This document shows positions 24,465 through 37,006 of a DNA stretch of 49,490 nt, one piece after another. Position 1 is the first letter of the stretch; each line of letters opens with the position of its first letter. The DNA comes from Basidiobolus meristosporus CBS 931.73 (Eukaryota > Fungi > Basidiobolomycota), in assembly GCA_002104905.1 (NCBI GenBank), contig MCFE01000655.1, positions 1 through 49,490 of the forward strand, given 5' to 3'. The notes beneath the pieces were generated by a model, which was not told where the DNA came from, did not search any database, and saw nothing but the letters and a program-made list of their open reading frames with translations. Made by a program: the position numbers and the translations under genes.

Positions 24465-24670
24465 GCATCTCTTTTGTTTATTCAACACTGCTAAATAATA
24501 TGGGCTAAACACAAACATATTGGAGCTCAGGACGAGAGAGTCGCGATGAAACGGAGTGCTGTGGCTGGTGTTTCGTTAGGTGCGAGCGTAGATTCCAAAT
24601 GAATGTTACGTTACACGGGTGTTGATTTGTGTGTGCACGGAGCCCTGAGGGTGGGATGTCACGTTTCACA

Positions 24671-25069
24671 TCAACGGCAGATGAAGGTGGAGTTGTTGTA
24701 GTGATTGGAGTTGAATTGGATGGAGGAGTAGAGGCGAGATTTATACTGCTGACTGACCGACATCAGCAGTGTCTCGATGTTGGGAAACACCTGGCCCTGG
24801 ATGGAGGAGATGGATTGGTGATGCTTCTGAACCAACACCTCCTCCTGGAGCTCTATGGGCATGCCCAACTGGGATATAACGTACCCCTGTCGAGATACTT
24901 CGACGGTAATCTCGATGCCCTCGAGCACCCGCAATCTGAACGCACAACATGGCAGCACTTCGTCCACCGTGTTTTTCATGAACAAGATCTCTAGCGTTTC
25001 CTCTTGGATACCGAATCGTATGCGTCTCAACAGATCAACCAGATCCTCGGGAGCCTGTCCGTATTTCAT
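24671..25069 (-). CDS. GSKIP-domain (DUF727-like) small protein
   Basis: ORF from ATG 25069 with TATAAAA at 25101-25107. It follows the pattern helix+FGI ... FRLRVLEGIEITVEVSRQGYVI ... VFPNIETLLMSVSQQYKSRL, which resembles the GSKIP fold (LLEG.....ELT..GF/Y ... ET+..LL...S..Y). Recognised by eye only. Confidence 0.55.
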   Translation of the reverse strand: MKYGQAPEDLVDLLRRIRFGIQEETLEILFMKNTVDEVLPCCAFRLRVLEGIEITVEVSRQGYVISQLGMPIELQEEVLVQKHHQSISSIQGQVFPNIETLLMSVSQQYKSRLYSSIQFNSNHYNNSTFICR

Positions 25070-26172
25070 GATGCCGCACACCGGGTGAGCAGAAGGCGGA
25101 TTTTATAGCGTCCTAGGTGGGCAGCACACCACGTAATAGATAGGAAACTGTGGGAGATTGATAAAAGCGCCGCTCGATGGATTGCTGTGGATGCCCGGAT
25201 TCGCAATCAATCCAATTGATAGGGAATACCAGTTCAATTCCAAATACGTGACCGCTACTATTTATTGGCAATCCAATGGAGATCAATTTGATTCGAGTTG
25301 GCTGGGTGGCGACACTCGAGTTGCGAAGTCCCCCACTGCAGTAGTTCGAAAAAATCCCTGGAAAAAGGGTGGCGAGATGGTGGTGAAGCGCTTGGGCTGT
25401 GCTCTCGAGGCCGGGGCGGGGCCCATCCCTCTATTTAAGTAGTTGGCCATCACCCAGGAATCAGCACGCAGTCTTCCACGATTGCGCACACAGAGGCTAC
25501 CTGGGTGATTGGTTGGTCGGTGAACTGTTTAGGATGGGATGCTCTTCGTTCAAATGAATTTCTGAGACCTGCTGTGTAGGGCGAAATTGGATTTTGCCAT
25601 ACGCCTGTAGTGCAGCTTCTTTGGGATCTTTCCAAATAGAATCGGAGATCCAGTGCTAACCTGATCTACTATGTCCAATACTGGACATCCCCAAACGCCA
25701 TGGCCCTTGTCTAACTGTGAGCTGAATGCGAGACCTTCATAGGCTCCTCATCAAACTTTATCACTGCTCAGCCACACATCAAGCTACCAGAGGGCGAGGG
25801 TCCTAGCGTCGGCAGAATTCATGTATTCGCAAGGCCTTGGGTCAATCAACTTGTTTCTGTCAACGTTTCAAATCGATAGGTGATCTTGACTTCATCATCA
25901 AACACATGGTATTCCGAAGAGATCTATGGAAAGGGCTCTATGACGCCACTTTCAGCGGTGCCGAGGTGGGTTCGGTTCGACCCACCTGTCGCTGGACAGC
26001 TGAATGCTGGAGATTCCCACATATAATTCGACCGTTTTATTCTTTAAGAAAAGGGGATGATTCAACGCCTCGCTAGAGCGGCGCTGCTGTGCGTGAGAGT
26101 GTGTGGCTTTCGTCCAGTCCAATCCACTTGAAGTTCGGGAAATGGAATCTCTCTATATATATGGCGTGTGGC

Positions 26173-29100
26173 TTACGATTCCTTCATCTCCTCCTCTATC
26201 CTCTTGTAGATTTTCTTCGGGGACTTGGACAGTGGTCTGTACTTCGCTCCTTTGCGGAGATGCCATGCATGAACTACCCATTGCACCAGATTTGGAAACA
26301 CATACTTCTCGGCTACCATAGATACAGCAAAGTTCAAGGATGCAACGAATAGCAAATTGAGCCGATAGGAGAGAGGAACGCCTAGCAAATCCAGGATGTT
26401 CATGATCACCTTGCTAGGATACATCACAATATACACCGAGAAGATAAGAAGGATAAAGATGGTGATGACGAAAGGGCCTGCGTATCGAAATCGAAGAATC
26501 AGCGTTTGGGTGGAATGGTCGGGGTTGAAGTGTGGCTTGAACTTACGATTACTGAACATTGATCGCCGGTACGGGGGCCCGACATTGAACACAATCGCGG
26601 TTAGGATGTATTGGAAGCATGAGATCAAGAACAAGCTCGTATTTTCAAAGTTCCGAACATTCTTCGCCGAGGTGAATTCTGTCGGGGGGAGATACCTGGA
26701 TGCGGGCTCAAGTTAGGAAATCAACGGCTACCTCGATCGTGTTATGTATGCAGTGAATCGTCCAACTAACCAGGTCTTGGTTTGCACCAAACGGAATACG
26801 CTCACCTGCACCAGAGCGTGGATGAATATATGTCCAATAAGCGATGTGATCACTTTCTTGGAGACTAGATTCGCGGTGGGGCGCTTCCGATGGATCTTGG
26901 GATAGGATGCGGTTCTCGCCATGAAGACTGCTATGGGTAATATGACAAACAGATCGATGAATAAGAATTGGAAATCCCCCAAAGTGGAGTCAAATCCATA
27001 CAACAAGCCGACACTGGTGAATTGGATTAGACTGTACAGCGCCATGTACTTGAAGCATCCAAAACTAGTCACCAGAGCGGCTCTGCCCTCGCGGATCACC
27101 TGCAGTACACAGCCGATATCTGTGGAGCGACTGGTGAAGGGTGCTGCGACAGAGGCTTCCGCCTCAGAAAGAGATATGCCCACATCGGCTGCTTTCAGAG
27201 CGCCGCAATCGTTGGCTCCATCACCACAAAACCCAACGCAGTAATTGATCCCTTGCAGCTTCTCGACCAGTTCATGCTTCTCGTCAGGTGACATCCGAGC
27301 GAAGATCTGACCCTTTATAAGCATACGTTGAAACGTTTCAAGTGGGGCGTAGTCTACCATCCAACGGAATATCTCTCCAGTAATCGCCAGTGCATAGTTC
27401 TCCCCCAAGAACGACGTTCTATACGGTGTATTTCGATGCTCAACCGGCCTCAAGGTTATTGCATCAAGTGTACTACGCTTGCCGTCGATATTCTCCCAAG
27501 AAATGATTGAGCGAGGTGTGTTTGAGGAGCCTTGAGTAAAGCGTGGGACATATACCTCTGCCTCGGGGTGGACGAGTCCGCACTCTTTGGAGACACTTAT
27601 GGCGGTCAAAACATTATCGCCGGTACACATGATTTGCCTGATGGAAGCGTTGGAGAGTGTATTGATGACTGATGCAGTGGTTGGCTTGAGCTTGTTTTCA
27701 AAAATAATAAATCCAATAAATTGCAGCTCCGCCTCAACTTGTTCGCGCTTAATTCTTTGAGCCTTCAACCAGTTCAACGATGGAAGCGATTTGGCAGCAC
27801 ATGCGATTACACGATACCCATGATGAGTATATTGTTGAAGGATCTCATGGTAGTCATGGGGTAAAGACTCGGGCCTACATATATCGATCATAACTTCAGG
27901 TGCGCCCTTGACAAATATCTCCATGGAGGTGCTACCAAGTCGTTTCACTATTACGCTCATACGTCGAAGTGAGGAGATGAACTCGAAACAACGAATAACT
28001 CCAAGCTCAAGAAAGCTGTTAGCTGGCTCATCATCACTCTTTGTAAGCATTGCGTCCAGGTCAAATCGCTTGCCGCCCGGTGGTCTAACTACAGTAGGCA
28101 CTAGGCCAGATGTTGAATTTCGATCTTTCTTGGGTGGCTTTCCCAAAGCTTCACCGAGAGTGGGGCCAGTTCCTTCTTCTAGTATCCAGCGGGTGAATTC
28201 AAACATCTTTAGATCCAGCGGGTCACCCATCAACTCCCCATCAATAAGCTTCAACGAGTGGCAAGTGGTCATGGCGTGCAGGATTTGTAAATCTCCCCAA
28301 ACCTCGTTGGTTGAAGATTGAAGATTCTCCACTGATCGATGCAATTCAGAAAACAGCCGACTCTGTTGATCAATTACTTGGACCCCCAATACATCCAACC
28401 CATCCTCGGTTAGAGTCCCCGTTTTGTCGAAACACATGGCATTGATTTTACCACACACATTTACTCGAGAAGGGCTAATGCAAAAGATTCCGCATTTTCG
28501 CAGCCGGGAGATCGCAAACGTGGTTCCTATTGACATAGTGGCAGGCAGGGCCGGTGGAACAACGATCGTAATGAGGTCGAGAGCACGCACAATGATCTTC
28601 TCCCAATGAACCTACAGTTACATCAAGTTCACGATTAGTAGTTGGAGCATGAAAAGTTCTATAAAGACCAAGCCCGTCACTTACGCCCAGTTTGATGAAG
28701 TTCACCACACTCATCATAAAGCCAACAGCCGCTATATTCAGCACATGTTAGTCGCAGTGTTACTCGAATCAATGCACAACTACCGATTTACCTATGCATG
28801 CTAGAACGCCAATGAACCGAAAAGAATCTCGGTAAAACGCAAACTTGTTTGGCTTTGGGAACAGCATTGAACGGACAAGTGCACCTTTGGTGGTATTGAA
28901 TCCGGTTCTAACGACCAGGGCAATAGCCTTACCGGCAAGACTTGATTGACGGGTATTTGCATCCGACCCTGCTCTCACTCGGATGATTTTCGTCCCAGAG
29001 AATAAGAAATATTTGGCAAGGCTGGGATGGACATTGGAAGTCGAGAGATTCATATCTACCAACGCTGAATTGACAATGGGAATTTTTGAAACTGGGACGC

Positions 29101-30986
29101 TCTCGCCTAAAATACAAGAGCTGAGTATGAATGGTGCTGTGTTTTTACGATAGAAAGGTTTGGATCTCGAAATGTACCTGTAAGCATACTTTCATTAACG
29201 ATACAGTCGCCATCCAACAAAACACCGTCGCATGGAAAGTTCACGAATTCGTTAGTGTTCACCTCAAATACATCACCTGGAACCAGATCTTCTGATGAGA
29301 TCAACTTCCCTTTGAATCCGAATGGTAAGTCGATGAGTATGACCCGTAGCAATTGAAGCTTAGACTTCCCGGTACTCACAATGATTGTTTCGATAAACTT
29401 TAACGTCACAAACGAACCGAGACATTTCGCTCATTCTCCGCGCGTTCTGCACAACATTGAGGTTGAGTTAGACTGTCTTTAGGCTTGAATCCGTGACTGG
29501 TATAAATACCTTGCGCGTCTCAACCAGTGTCGTTATAATGGATGTTGCCGAGATAATAAAGATACAGACGGCGTAGTAATAATAATCATCAAGCATCCAT
29601 AGGGTAACACTGAATATTTGAAACACGTAGAACGGGTGTAAAACCTCAAAATGGGTGAGTAAAGTATACTTGGTATGCGTATAAAAAGTGAAAACACACC
29701 TCGTCCGTCAAAAGTTGCATAACAGGCCTTTCTTTGATATCAATAACGTTGTCTCCATACACGAGCTTTCGCTCGTTCAATTGATCCCGGGTCAACCCCC
29801 GCTTACAGCCATTGACAGTTACCCACGCAGTGTCCTTCCAGTGGCTGGATAGCATACAGACTTGGTTAGTGAGAGACTTGCTCGGAATGTACTAGTAAGA
29901 CTAACCTGTTTTGAACAAATTTTTGAAGAAGGGGATGGAAAATAAACCGAATGTATTTGTAATCAAAATAGTTTAACTGTGGTAGGCTTTTGTCAGGAAC
30001 CTAGTAGAGAGGGCCGTAAAGGATGCCTTAGCAGCAGCATATTGGAAGAATGCCTGTATGCTCCTTACCCCAGGGTTGCATACGAATACACTTCCCAGAG
30101 TTCCACCGTAATATTTCCGATTAATCTTTTCGATAGTCAAGTCGCCCCATTCGTTCTGTGCACAGTAGGCAATTGTCTGGACATTAGCAGTGTACTGAAC
30201 GAATGTGAAAATTTCACGTACCTCAACAGCAAGCCACTCTGCAGAATCAAGATCACACGTTTCAGCAGTCACATATATCCAGAAGCGAGGAACCCACCGA
30301 CCAACAAGGGCCAATACGCCCAATGTAATGACGCAGAACGCATGGTACAAGTAAGTCCAAGCTTTAAGCGACCGGTAACCCGTAATAACAATCCTTAAAT
30401 CCTCCTCTTCCAAAACGATCTCTTGCTCATAAGGCAAGCGCAGGTTACTTTCCGGGTACGAAGCTCTACTGGCGGAACCGTTCTCTATTGGAAGAGATGC
30501 TGGTTGGATATTATTACGGGCCTCCAAAGAAGACGTATCAGAACACTCCTCCTCCGAGCCGGAGGAATCTTCAAGTCGGTGCTCGATTTCACCCTCGCCT
30601 CGGCTATTCTCTGCTCCACGCCTGTGAAAGTTCGAAGAAAAACTCAACGGTAAAGAGGTATCGCTCTGTGCGGCCAATAGAGAAAAGTGTTTGATCGATT
30701 GTGTAGGAGTAGGGGATGTACTAGTCAACCTTGGACTAATAAGTGGCGTGTGCGAATTTCTACGACTTCTGGGTCTTGAAGTGTATGTCTCAATAGGAGC
30801 CATGAGACTCAGGGAAGAACCCTGCAGCTCGGGCCCATTCTCGTGTCTTGATTTCCTTGAAGCAGACACCACGATGCCATCAGTTACTGTGATTTCCTCA
30901 AGGCCAGGCGAGCTATGTTGCAGGTCTCTTGTATCATATATATCCTGGTATTCAAGGTCCGACTCCGAAGGATTTGTAGTGCCCAT
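26173..30986 (-). CDS. YPK9: P5B-type ATPase (YPK9/ATP13A2-like), multi-exon; the 5' end may extend to about 31100 or further
   Basis: Motifs: PPALP, phosphorylation site [80 protein letters not shown] and VNESMLTGE-type A-domain exon. N-terminal P5-ATPase segment [12 protein letters not shown]. The frame stays open upstream to an acceptor near 31100. Confidence 0.93.
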
Positions 30987-31774
30987 ACCAAAACTGTGTG
31001 GATCAAAGCCAGAGTGCTCAAGTAGCAAGCTCGAGCCAATATTCTTTAGAAAACGAACGTTATGAGAGGCCGAAAGAGTGTTCGTCTGTGTAACTCCTGA
31101 GTTATCAAAGAGTAACAGGGATGATTAATATCGCAGAGGATTAGTAGGAAGTATATCCAATCAAGTCGATTTGGATCGCTATTGGACTGCATTCAGTTAG
31201 AAACGAACACAAATAATACGGATCTATGAGGGAATTGGCCAAATGCGCACAACGTAGCCGACGCAAAAGTCGGATTCCACACGGAAATATGGAGCATGTA
31301 TAAATAGCTCCATTTGATGAGAGGTAACAGGAGAACACTATGCTGATGTGTTGGGCTGTGCACCATAGCGTGTGGCTTGAAACCATCCTGAACTCTTTGT
31401 TCCTATTCGATTTCGGCGCCGAATCCTGATATATTCAATACAACAAAGTCATAATGTGTTGCGTTGTATCAGGTGATGCCAAAGCTTAAAATTGATTGCC
31501 TCTAGATAGGTAGGATCGTAGACAACTGATAAGGAAATGATACTAATTCTCACGGGAACTCCCATACGTACAAACCAAGCTAGGAGTGCATTTAGTAAGA
31601 ATCTATGTTTCAAGTATGGTGTGCAGAATGTAGACTGGCAGTCGAATTTTATAGTATATTTCATTCAAAAAAGGCACTTGCAATTGCCAAAGTTTGTGAT
31701 TACTAGGCATATATAGGAGTGGACTCGAAAACAACCACATTGTAATAACATGAGTAAATGATATGGAAACAGGA

Positions 31775-32279
31775 TTAACGGTAGGATTTTTGGTATCTGG
31801 CACGGGCACCTGGACCTCCGAACTTCTTGGGCTCACAACGTCTAGGATCAGCTACGAGTAAGGTTCTGTCGTAGGCAACAAGCTTCTCTTTGATCTCCTT
31901 CTTGGAAGCTTCGTCAACGAACTTCTGGTAGAAGGCCACGATAGCCTTGGCAATAGCCTGGCGAATGGCGTAGATCTGGGAGGTATGACCACCACCACGA
32001 ACACGGACACGAATGTCGACGTTGGCGAATTTGTCTTCGCCAAGGATGAGGATGGGTTCGTAAACCTTAAATTTAAGGATTTCGGGCTCAACAAGCTCAA
32101 TTGGGGAGCCGTTGATACGGATCATACCCTTACCACTCTTGCAGAAAGCAACAGCAGTGGCGGTTTTCTAGCGATTCGTTGGTAATGAGTAAGCAAGTGT
32201 GGGAAATACAATGAGATACTCGATCCACTGCAAAAGAACAGGGCGTTACCTTGCGACCGAAAGTCTGTACGGCTTGCAT
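31775..32279 (-). CDS. RPS16: 40S ribosomal protein S16 (uS9), 2 exons
   Basis: Exon 1 (32250-32279) encodes [10 protein letters not shown]. The intron is 32168-32249. Exon 2 reads KTATAVA...YEPILILG...[17 protein letters not shown]...[24 protein letters not shown]. Confidence 0.98.
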
Positions 32280-32689
32280 GGTGAAGGCTAAATAATAATC
32301 ATATATTAGGATGCATTATGGAGTGGTTTGAAAACGTACACAAGTAATTCGGTTTATTGGTAGGGGATTCATTAATAACGGATGGATGCACACAATACGT
32401 TACCTTCAGAAGAATCCGTAAACCAAAGTTGGAAGAGGAAGAAAGAAACGGGCAATCAATGATCTTTTGTGGAGCAGTGCTCACAAATCAGAATCTAGAA
32501 AAAATTTGATCAATGGATTTTTATTTTTCATCAGCATGCTGATTGTTGTATATGGCTGAGGCACGAAGGGAATGTGTTTTGACGAAGTGCGATATGGCGC
32601 TTTAGATTTAATGAAGAGAGTATCTGGTGACCCACACACTTACAACTCCAGTCTCATAATGGCACATACAAAAGTCTAGTCAGAACAGG

Positions 32690-33600
32690 GGTAAGGTCGA
32701 ACCGCCATACCACCCCCATGGTGAGTTCTCCATTACTATGCCATCTACTAATAGTTCTAATGGTATGGAGTTGAGCTACAAGTGATGACTATCTGTTGGA
32801 ACCCTCCGAGAAAAAGATGTACATTTGTCGCCTGTCTATTGGATCAATCGAGCAAGAGCAACTCGTTTCCACCACACTGCTGGTAACACACCTCTTCCCA
32901 TTGTATGAGCGATCATCTGACTGTAGCATTGCCTGTCAATATTTGGTAATAAATCTGTTGATACGTATGGTCATCAGTGGGTAATTTGCCTGCATGCAAT
33001 GGTGCTATTGTTCCTGATGGAGGTTATTGGAGTTCTCAAGAGGACTAGATGTTTCTAAACTTTGCTGAAATGAATGAGAATCGATGCACCAAGTAACGTG
33101 ACAATCTCACAACCATTAAAACGATGTGGCAGGGGATTGTTTAGGTTTCCAAATGCCAACAGACAAGGTTCCAGCTTACTTGCCGATCATTGGCCGAACG
33201 CATTCGGATCAAGATCGATATGAGTTTTCATGATTCATATCAGAGTGGAGAGGATTTCCTGCCCCCTGTTTGGCCGGCATTTCAGATCAATTAGCATTCA
33301 CGCCGTGCATATCTACCAAATCAATGTTTTTTGTAAGACATCACAATGGTTTATGGCTTGCTAGCGTCCCTCTCATCATGTATTTAGCATTCAATAGTGG
33401 CCGCCAATTTCGTGAACCAACAACATAAAGCCCATGACGTCACCCCTCATGATGGTTGTTTGGGTTGACATGGGCGACGAACCAAAACACCACGGTGCAT
33501 TCCGACGTAACCCTATGTGCTCAACTACAGCCAGAGCTTTCCGATATGATGGATTTACCACCTTGCATGGCTTTGCTTGTGGCAAAAGACACGAATAGAT
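32690..33600 (+). pseudogene. Possible decayed multi-exon gene of unknown family
   Basis: Four intron-like GT..AG segments (32721-32754, 32883-32926, 33093-33132, 33333-33387), two with branch motifs. They separate protein-like pieces (KDVHLSPVYWINRARATRFHHTA-ALPVNIW; DGGYWSSQED*MFLNFAEMNENRCT) that contain in-frame stops. Confidence 0.3.
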
Positions 33601-33786
33601 GATATGCTGGATAAGTTGGTTTGACTGGTTTTATATTGCTTCTAATTTACATGGTACACTAGAAGCCAATGTGCATTGGATCACTGGGAAAGGTATAGGA
33701 TAAAGAACAAATGATTATTTCGGCAACATGGAAATATTAATCAATAAATTCGAAGAGTCGAGCCACTCTTCTTAGCAACTAATGCA

Positions 33787-34735
33787 TCAATTCCCCTTGG
33801 GCTTGAAGTCCGAATGATCCTTATGAGCTACAAAGCAATTTAGTATACTCTACATCAACTTAAGGTTGTAATAGTATTCAAACCTTTATAATAGGTAGCC
33901 TGGAACTCGACGTCCTTTACTGAATTCTTGATGGTTTTGACGATTTCGGCCTCATTCATGTGCATAGCATTACTATTCCAAACTTGAATGATATCAGCGT
34001 TCCAACGGGAGCTCACCGAAATGCCACAGACCTCATCATCTAAACCTCATGATTAGGGGTCTAACTTTCAATGTGCAATATAGGGCCTGCTTACCTCCTT
34101 GGAGAGTGTCTTCAAACTGTTCTCCAATAATGAGCATCAATAGTTCACGCCAGATGACATTGGAGTCCTCCTTCTTTACACGGAAGCAGTAAGAACCACC
34201 ATATTCATTTTTAGGATCCTCCCTGTAATCCAACGGAAATAAATAAGCATCATCATACGTATGTTCAGATACTTGAATCGTCTACTGACCAAATTGGCTT
34301 AATCCCTTTCTTCATAAAATGAAGACTGTTCTTGTTCTGCAACTTGTCTGGGGTCAACAAGTTATTGTAAACCCGCCAAAATTCCTAACAAACAGATACG
34401 TTTACACAGTGATGACGGTAGAAATAAATGAGATGGGATGCGCTACCTGGACAGTACTGACTGTATACAAATTCTGTAGATTGGTCTCGTAATCTGAGGC
34501 ATTTTGGGAATAAACAAATCTGGTAACAATTGAAATAAAAAAGCGCAAATTAGTCGCCCGAGTACCCTTCGACGGGCCTCCTTAGCCAAGCCAAGCTGAA
34601 CAGCAATGCTACGAAATCATACTTGTCATGCCAAAAAGTCCATTCGTGTTGCAGGGGGATGGCCTCCTTCAAAAGATCAGTTTTATCTTGGGAGATGTTC
34701 TCACCATTGGCATCTTGAGAAATGAGGGTCGACAT
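33787..34735 (-). CDS. Translation initiation factor eIF4E, class III (eIF4E3)-like, 6 exons
   Basis: Spliced product: PLQHEWTFWHDK-FVYSQNASDYETNLQNLYTVSTVQ-EFWRVYNNL...SLHFMKKGIKPIW-EDPKNEYGGSYCFRVKKEDSNVIWRELLMLIIGEQFEDTLQG-DDEVCGISVSSRWNADIIQVWN...ATYYK-AHKDHSDFKPKGN*. Confidence 0.9.
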
Positions 34736-35407
34736 TATTGTTCCGAATAATGAACAGACAAAAACGAACGGAAAAAACTCTTAATCGGGCTCGTGGTTAT
34801 TTTAAGTGTATGCTGCTATGACCCACCCCTGGATCAAAGAAGCTTGGGTCCAACAGCGATAAAAAATTTATCGTCTGATCAAGTTCCATTGATTACTTAA
34901 ACATTGATTAATCTCAACATACTAACAGCAGGTTCTCCCAAGAGCTTCCTGGCATTTTCATTGGCCTGCAGTGGCAGCTCGGGCTGCACGTTTGTGGAGA
35001 TGAATGACTGATTTCAGTTGTGAAGTTCTTGCCATCCCATCCCATTTATAGTGCGCTCCGTGCAATATTTGCATAATTCAACAACAAATCGGCTGAACTT
35101 ATCGGTTGTTTGAAATGTCGAATTAGTCGGAATTCCGATTCGGTAGATTAATAGATGATGGCTCAGTCGAGTTTAAAAAGTTTGATTGTGCACTAAGAGA
35201 TTAATGGGCCAAATACACAAAAAAGATTGACCAACACAAGGTTACGTTGAACCTACACTATGCTTCGTACTCTGTGTAATAGACCTTATGCTAAAGTTGG
35301 AGGCTTGATTTCTCCCAAAAATTTGTCCTTCCCAACCAGGCAGCTTTACCTCAGGTTCCGGCTCTACTTTGTGTTGGGGTCTATTTTTTGAAGTCCATTC
35401 TTACCGC

Positions 35408-36674
35408 ATGTTTCGTTGTAGGCGCTACTCCTTCCAAAATGTAAGGTTGGAAACGCTTCCCAGCGCCTTATCAAGCGTTCAGATATCAAAAACATTGGTC
35501 AGAGCTAGGTAGAGTATTATTAAGCCTTTGGAACTCACACATGTCGTTTTCACCTTGCCTTGGTGTAACCTGCTTTACGTTTTGCAGCTCCTTCTCCCTG
35601 TTTACCTCCGTTCGTTCATATAGCGTAGATTCGCAACAAAACGGCCCAGAAAAGACGGAAAATGCTGAGAACAAGCCTTTGCTTGGGAAGGTAGGATATG
35701 TCATATGCTTTGCTCATGGGTAATATCTCACGCATGTTTGTGCTGAAAGCTAAAGGACATCCCCTTAAAAGAGGACTTATTCAATATTCCGAACATCCTT
35801 ACGTTATCACGCTTGGCTGCCTCCCCTTTCATTGGATATTTAATTTACCAACAGCATTACACAGCTGCTCTCATAGGCTTTGCCATCACCGGCTTCACAG
35901 ATATGGTACTCCGCGGATTCACCAACTTTTGAGAGCATATGCTAATCACGGCGCCGCCACTCTTCGATCATAGCTTGATGGCTACATAGCAAGGAAATGG
36001 GACATGAAGACGTTTGTTGGGTCGATCATTGACCCCATGGCCGACAAAACCTTGATGACGATATTGACAGTAACGCTCGCCTCGCAAAATCTGATTCCAA
36101 GTACGTTAGGTCCCCTTTGTGACATGAAAGTTTCGTAGTTGAGAAGTTGTACCTTTAGTGCCGTTGGCTGTGCTGATCCTTGGGAGGGATGTTGGCCTAG
36201 TAATTTCCAGTTTCTATTATAGATATATCTCGTTACCCCCTCCGGTGAGTCATCTATCGTAGCATCCGCAATGATCTATGGACTTGGGTTAACGTTTGGA
36301 CTTGCCAGAAAACTTTGACCAGATACTTCGACTTCACTCTCCCTTCTGCGGAAGTTCGACCCACACAGATCAGCAAAGTTAGTTGCCAACTAGCCATTGC
36401 CCTATTCGACTGTTCCTAAATCAAGTTCCTCCCAAGGTCAATACCGCTCTTCAGTTGCTTCTGATGGGCGCCTCCCTTGCGGGTCCCGTCTTTGGATTTA
36501 GTGAAAGCGTTGCCCTTACTGCGCTCCAGTTTGTATTGATTACTAGTCATTGCCCTTTCCGACACTAACGAGCCTCGCACTAGATATACCGTTGGTGTCA
36601 CCACCGTGCTTTCAGGCGCAAGCTATATCTATTCAAAAGACGCAGTACGAATTCTTAACCAACCAAACAAGTAG
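35408..36674 (+). CDS. CRD1: Cardiolipin synthase (CDP-alcohol phosphatidyltransferase), multi-exon
   Basis: Arg/Ser-rich presequence-like N-terminus, then NIPNILTLSRL. Family motif TDM-LDGYIARKWDMKTFVGSIIDPMADK, followed by LILGRDV, RYFDFTLPSAEVRPTQISK-VNTALQL and SGASYIYSKDAVRIL. Confidence 0.92.
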
Positions 36675-37006
36675 AAGACATGCATCTGCCTCGCTTTTGA
36701 ATCTCACACGAAGCCCCATCACCACCTATTTGTTCATTATCACAAATAAAGCGATACTCATATCATACAGTCATTGGTCTTGTTGGGGGGTCGTGTTCAC
36801 CAGGCCAGGTGTAGCGATGTCCATCGGGCATGTGGTGTTGAATTTGAACCCTAGATTGATCCATCCCATGGATCGTTCCATTTTGACATCGATCAAGTGC
36901 TGGGGTGCAGGGGATTGGTGATCAATTATGATCGTTCAGTTCGATCGCTTGGGAATCCTTTTAATACTACCTAAGCAGCTTTTCAAACGCTTCACGCTTT
37001 GCCGCC

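Noticed and set aside
24980-25050. DLVDLLRRIRFG resembling a PIF1 helicase motif
   Set aside because: No other helicase motifs nearby; the rest of the ORF fits a GSKIP-like domain.
34958-35050. 25-aa uORF (MARTSQLK...) upstream of the eIF4E gene
   Set aside because: Its ATG is only about 8 nt downstream of the TATA-like element, so it probably lies upstream of the transcription start.
35127-35138. 12-bp palindrome TCGGAATTCCGA in the eIF4E/CRD1 divergent promoter
   Set aside because: It could be a Zn2Cys6-type CGG/CCG site, but a single palindrome of this length in 49 kb is not strong evidence.
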